From the NCBI GenBank assembly GCA_965649055.1, contig CBFGJG010000015.1, positions 1-31,944 of the forward strand: 31,944 nt of DNA, read 5' to 3'. The DNA comes from a candidate division WOR-3 bacterium (GTDB lineage Bacteria; Hydrothermota; UBA3072; B12-G15). The notes beneath the pieces are model-generated. The model was not told where the DNA came from and did not search any database. It worked only from the letters and a program-made list of their open reading frames with translations. The first letter of the stretch is position 1. The number at the start of each line of letters is the position of its first letter. Below, one piece after another: positions 27,917 to 31,944 of this stretch. A program made the position numbers and the translations under genes.

Positions 27917-28295
27917 CGAATACCTCACTCATTTTTAAATTAATCGAAATGTATTCTGTTCCAAGCTTTATATATTTTTTTATAAAGAACGAAATAAGAG
28001 ATGCGTAGCCACTTTCTTTTCCACCAAGAATGGATACTCTGTTGAAGTATAAAAAAGAAGGATAAAAACCAGTTTTAAAACCAAATATATCCGTGTAAAC
28101 ACCATATCCATTCTCAATATAACCGAGATAATAAGTTGATGATATAAAAAATGAGTATGTTATATTTGTACAGAATATCTTCTTCCCATAAAAAAGTTCG
28201 AATTGTAACCCTGTAGGAGTTGTCTCAAAAAGGCTACCAGTTGTTAAAGATGTGTAAATACCTACGTTAATATCGCATAGAATAATAAATAGCAT
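27864..28295 (-). CDS. Hypothetical protein, possible small outer-membrane beta-barrel
   Basis: Alternating aromatic/Gly strands; ends NIGISFGLQ; promoter-like elements immediately upstream. Confidence 0.55.
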   Translation of the reverse strand: MLFIILCDINVGIYTSLTTGSLFETTPTGLQFELFYGKKIFCTNITYSFFISSTYYLGYIENGYGVYTDIFGFKTGFYPSFLYFNRVSILGGKESGYASLISFFIKKYIKLGTEYISINLKMSEVFDDFGFDIVNIGISFGLQ

Positions 28296-28301
28296 ATCAT
28301 T

Positions 28302-28357
28302 ATATTAAAAAAAAAGTATAAATTGTCAATTGACTTTTTCAATTTTTTGATTAAATT
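28302..28357. promoter_or_regulatory. Back-to-back divergent sigma70 promoters centred on palindrome GTCAATTGAC
   Basis: Minus: TTGACA (28329-28324), 16 nt, TAATAT; plus: TTGACT (28330-28335), 16 nt, TAAATT. Confidence 0.55.
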
Positions 28358-28363
28358 GTTAAA

Positions 28364-28636
28364 ATGAATAATGATTTTGGTATAATTAAGATAGATGCAG
28401 ATTATGATTTCGATGTTGATTTTGGTGATATATTTTATTGTAAATGTCCTTTCTGTGAAGATGAAAATATAGTATCTGTAGAATATCTTAATCCAATACG
28501 CGTTTGTGAACATTTTTCAGGTTTCGATCCGCAGGATAGAACATTTCTATTCATAGCAAATTCTGATATTTCTGATGATTTAGATGAAGATATTATTCTG
28601 GATGAAGAAGATTTCGATGATTTATCATCTTTTTAA
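28364..28636 (+). CDS. Small, highly acidic putative Zn-finger protein
   Basis: CPFC...CEH; 26 D/E vs 4 K/R in 90 aa; fills the gap between oppositely oriented genes. Confidence 0.65.
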   Translation: MNNDFGIIKIDADYDFDVDFGDIFYCKCPFCEDENIVSVEYLNPIRVCEHFSGFDPQDRTFLFIANSDISDDLDEDIILDEEDFDDLSSF

Positions 28637-29895
28637 AATTTCTTAAATATTATTCTTAAAATATCATTAAGGGTAATAAATAATATAAGTGATAATAGTA
28701 TAAAAACCCCTATGTTCTCAAGAATCTTCAGAGCATTTGCACCGGGTTTCTTTCTTAAAATTATCTCGTAAAGTCCAAGTATAATGTGTGAACCATCAAG
28801 TGGTGGTACAGGAAGGAGATTTACTATTCCAAGATTTATTGAGATAAATGCAACGAAGAAGATAAAATTCTTTATTCCCCATTTCATAGTCTTCTGGGTA
28901 AGGTAAACAATCGAGATAGGACCACCAAGCTCCTTTGGTGATACCTTTCTTGTTACTAAAAGCCTAAGTGTTGTAAAAATCTTCAAAGATGTATCCATAA
29001 ATTGGATTCCTGCAATATTCAATGCTCCTATTAAGCCGACTTTTTTTATCTTAAATGGGGTGATTATTCCGATAACACCAATTTGGACAATTGAATCTCC
29101 TGCCATGGTTTTCGTCAACTTGGGAACTACAATTCCATTCATAATACTACCATCTCTGTTCCATACAATTTTAAGTGTTTCATCACTTGCAGTGGCGATT
29201 CTATTTCTTAAATCATCCCAGTATAATATATTCTCTCCGTTTATTGATATTATTGAATCACCGGTTTTTAGACCTGCTTTATAAGCAGGACCATCCTTCT
29301 CAACACCACCAATTACTGGTGGATAGAGTGGTGATATCTTAAAAATATCCTGTTTTTTAACCAAAAGAGTTTCATTTCTATCTTCTCTTAAAATGATTAT
29401 GGAATTTTCTTCTTTTATATTATTTTCAAATTCAAACCAATCATTTATTTCTTTTCCGTTCATATAAATTATCCTATCACCTTTTCTGAATACAGATGTT
29501 GTATCGTCGGGAATGATAAGTGTTGTTTTTGGTGTTTCTATCCCCATAACAAGAATTGTTATGAAGTAAATAAGGAAGCCTGATATTAGATTCGCAAAAG
29601 GACCACCAGCAATAACAAGAATCCTTAAAAGAGGGTTTCTCGAATAATATTCATCGCTTTCACCTTTTATTTCTCCAGGTTCCATTCCTTTAATCTTTAC
29701 ATATCCACCAAGTGGAAAAATACTTATTCTAAATTCTGTATCATTCTTTTTAAATTTAAATATCGCAGGTCCGAAACCTATAGAAAATACGGGAACCCCT
29801 ATACCTGAAGCTCTTGCTACAATGAAATGAAGAAGTTCATGAACAAATATCAAAAAGCCAAGAAGAATTATTGCTAATATTATTGATAATATCAT
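28633..29895 (-). CDS. rseP: RIP metalloprotease RseP
   Basis: HELLH (HExxH), FSIGFGP, PLGGYV, AGGPFAN, PDZ (GPA.KAGLK.GD), NLLPVPPLDG; ATG 29895 overlaps the dxr stop. Confidence 0.93.
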   Translation of the reverse strand: MILSIILAIILLGFLIFVHELLHFIVARASGIGVPVFSIGFGPAIFKFKKNDTEFRISIFPLGGYVKIKGMEPGEIKGESDEYYSRNPLLRILVIAGGPFANLISGFLIYFITILVMGIETPKTTLIIPDDTTSVFRKGDRIIYMNGKEINDWFEFENNIKEENSIIILREDRNETLLVKKQDIFKISPLYPPVIGGVEKDGPAYKAGLKTGDSIISINGENILYWDDLRNRIATASDETLKIVWNRDGSIMNGIVVPKLTKTMAGDSIVQIGVIGIITPFKIKKVGLIGALNIAGIQFMDTSLKIFTTLRLLVTRKVSPKELGGPISIVYLTQKTMKWGIKNFIFFVAFISINLGIVNLLPVPPLDGSHIILGLYEIILRKKPGANALKILENIGVFILLSLILFITLNDILRIIFKKF

Positions 29896-30995
29896 ATTCC
29901 GCTCCTTATTGTTTTTTCGACCCATTTCTCAATCTCTATTATATCTTCAATAGAGTAATTTTCTTTTGGTTTGTGTAATCTGACAGTTTCTTTTACAATC
30001 TTATAAATATCATTGAACTTTATTTTCTTTTCAAGAAACATTTGAACTGCTATCTCATCTGCTTTGTTCATAACAGCAGGGTATGTTTTTCCTATTTTCA
30101 GGACATCTAAAGCAAGTTTAAGCATGGGAAATCTTACATAATCAGGTTTTTCAAATGTAAGTTTCTTTACTTTTATTAAATTCAATTTTGGAAGTTTCGA
30201 ATCAATCCTTTCAGGATATGTTAATGCATATTGTATAGGGATTCTCATATCAGGGACTGAAAGCTGAGCAACCATTGAGCCATCTTTAAATTCAACGATT
30301 GAATGAATGATTGATTCCGGATGGATAACAATATCAATCATATCAGGTGTTATATTAAATAATGCCTTTGCTTCATGTGCTTCAAGACCTTTATTAAATA
30401 GCGTAGCAGAATCAATTGTTATTTTTTTACCCATTTTCCATCTTGGATGTTTCAATGCGTCATCTATTTTTATATTATTGAAATTTTTTTTATTCTTGAA
30501 TGGACCACCTGATGCTGTGAGTATTATCTTTTTTAAATCTTCTTTTCTTCCTGATTTTAAAGCCTGAAATATTGCAGAATGTTCAGAATCAACAGGTATA
30601 ATATTCTTTCTGTGTTCATCTTTTATGAAGTCTGAGAAAGCAACGAGTATTTCCTTGTTAGCCATAGCAACTATTTTTTTCTGATTCAATGCATGGAAAA
30701 ATATCTTTACTGCCGATGTCCCGGTAGTTGCAAATACAATAATATCACATTCATCTATTAGTTTCTCACATTCTTCAAAACCTATAATTAAGTTTTTTGA
30801 ATTATTTATATTTAAATCCTTATTCAGAAGACAAAGATAATCAGGATGAAATTCTTTTCCCTGTTTGATAAGTTTTTTTATATTGGAATGGGATGCAAGA
30901 AATTTTATCTTAAATTTTTCCTTGTTTCTTTTAATCACTTCAAGTGTATTTACACCTATAGAACCTGTAGAACCTAAAATTCCTATGTTTTTCAT
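29892..30995 (-). CDS. dxr: 1-deoxy-D-xylulose-5-phosphate reductoisomerase
   Basis: ILGSTGSIG, ANKE, PVDSEHSAIFQ, LTASGGPF, HP.W.MG.KITIDSAT, HPESIIHS, PDMRIPI. Confidence 0.96.
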   Translation of the reverse strand: MKNIGILGSTGSIGVNTLEVIKRNKEKFKIKFLASHSNIKKLIKQGKEFHPDYLCLLNKDLNINNSKNLIIGFEECEKLIDECDIIVFATTGTSAVKIFFHALNQKKIVAMANKEILVAFSDFIKDEHRKNIIPVDSEHSAIFQALKSGRKEDLKKIILTASGGPFKNKKNFNNIKIDDALKHPRWKMGKKITIDSATLFNKGLEAHEAKALFNITPDMIDIVIHPESIIHSIVEFKDGSMVAQLSVPDMRIPIQYALTYPERIDSKLPKLNLIKVKKLTFEKPDYVRFPMLKLALDVLKIGKTYPAVMNKADEIAVQMFLEKKIKFNDIYKIVKETVRLHKPKENYSIEDIIEIEKWVEKTIRSGI

Positions 30996-31810
30996 CTTGC
31001 TGCAAAAAACCTCAGATAATAATAAACTATTGGAGAAACAAATAGAATACTGTCAAATCTATCGAGAAAACCACCATGCCCTGGTATCAAATTTGAAGAA
31101 TCTTTCAGATTTGCGTCTCTCTTTATCATAGATTCAACAAGGTCTCCTGCTGGTGCAAAAAATGCTGTTAGAAGACCAAGTGCAAGACAATCAAACCATG
31201 ATAGATAGGTTGCATAAAAGATACAATAAATAAAGCATGCAATTATTGAGAATATACCTCCACCAATAACACCTTCAATCGTTTTATTCGGAGAAATCCA
31301 TGGGAAAAATTTATGTCTTCCAAATTTTCTACCGATAAAAAAAGCGGAAGAATCGTTCACGAACGTTAACGCGAATGGCAGTAAAGCGAAACTTGTTCCT
31401 AATCTTATTTTAATGTTAAATATATTATAATATTCACGAGGGGTTATATTTTCCGGCATATTCATAAGTAAAATAAGATGACTGAATAACCACCCTACAT
31501 AGATAACCCCAAAAAGAGTGCTTGAAATATTAAATAGGGAATTCTCGGGTTTTCTCCTGAACAGTTCAGCAATACTTAATACAAAGATTAATACAAGTGG
31601 TGTGATAACTGTGAATATATGGGATTGGAAATATGAGTTTAATCCAAGCACCATCGCAGCAATAATACCGAGTCTTTTATATGGTTTTAATCCTCTTGCC
31701 CTTAATATATCAAAAAACTCATATGAGCCAAGAAATATCCCAAACTCAATAAGGATTAAATAATATATTTCTCCTGCCCATGCAATTATTATAAGGCAGG
31801 GTATGAACAA
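30992..31810 (-). CDS. cdsA: Phosphatidate cytidylyltransferase (true N-terminus probably extends upstream, see findings)
   Basis: D..AFF.G..FG.HK....SPNKTIEG, GDLVES.IKR....KDS...IPGHGG.LDRFDS. Confidence 0.92.
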   Translation of the reverse strand: MFIPCLIIIAWAGEIYYLILIEFGIFLGSYEFFDILRARGLKPYKRLGIIAAMVLGLNSYFQSHIFTVITPLVLIFVLSIAELFRRKPENSLFNISSTLFGVIYVGWLFSHLILLMNMPENITPREYYNIFNIKIRLGTSFALLPFALTFVNDSSAFFIGRKFGRHKFFPWISPNKTIEGVIGGGIFSIIACFIYCIFYATYLSWFDCLALGLLTAFFAPAGDLVESMIKRDANLKDSSNLIPGHGGFLDRFDSILFVSPIVYYYLRFFAAR

Positions 31811-31839
31811 TACAGCTGTAATCCATCTGTGAAAGAGAT

Positions 31840-31944
31840 TTAAATCCCCCCGAATCTTCTCTCCCTTGTTGAATATGCTTTTATCGCCTTAAGAAGTTCT
31901 TTTCTGTCAAAATCAGGCCAGAGGACATCAGAAATATAAATTTC
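31840..31944 (-). CDS. uppS: Undecaprenyl diphosphate synthase, 3' end only (truncated by window edge)
   Basis: Manual translation [34 protein letters not shown]; uppS-cdsA-dxr-rseP synteny. Confidence 0.92.
   Translation of the reverse strand, partial: EIYISDVLWPDFDRKELLKAIKAYSTRERRFGGI

Overview
A gene-dense, AT-rich (roughly 30% GC by eye) bacterial chromosomal segment read in the standard genetic code. A C25-like peptidase with a T9SS-type C-terminal domain, a SprA-like outer-membrane protein, beta-propeller lipoproteins and DUF4159 suggest an FCB-related diderm, possibly WOR-3 (inference only). Bases 1-5275 are an accessory + strand run: two small paralogous membrane proteins, two WG-repeat paralogues (~93% DNA identity at the 5' end), a beta-propeller lipoprotein, a membrane protein and a DUF6994-like protein. 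The rest is mostly core genome: an Rsm22-like methyltransferase, tRNA-Glu, a PspC-domain gene, tRNA-Gly-tgt-yajC-fmt-purF-large OMP, tRNA-Arg/His/Lys, a four-gene thiol-redox operon, a minus-strand O-methyltransferase/nitrilase/C25 operon, DUF4159-xerD-MBL-permease genes and uppS-cdsA-dxr-rseP. I found no CRISPR array, transposase, prophage or reverse transcriptase. The most notable observations are: (i) four predicted exported proteins with ultra-short, uncharged N-terminal signals; (ii) cdsA lacking a canonical start for its conserved N-terminus, one G away from fusion with uppS; (iii) a split AhpF-like, probably NADH-type redox system with a Per-box-like operator; (iv) a modular WG-repeat locus with a shared 37-bp intergenic element; (v) a solitary GTAG-type REP; and (vi) an orphan acidic Zn-finger microprotein on a bidirectional, apparently leaderless promoter. 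All family names come from motif recognition, not from database searches.
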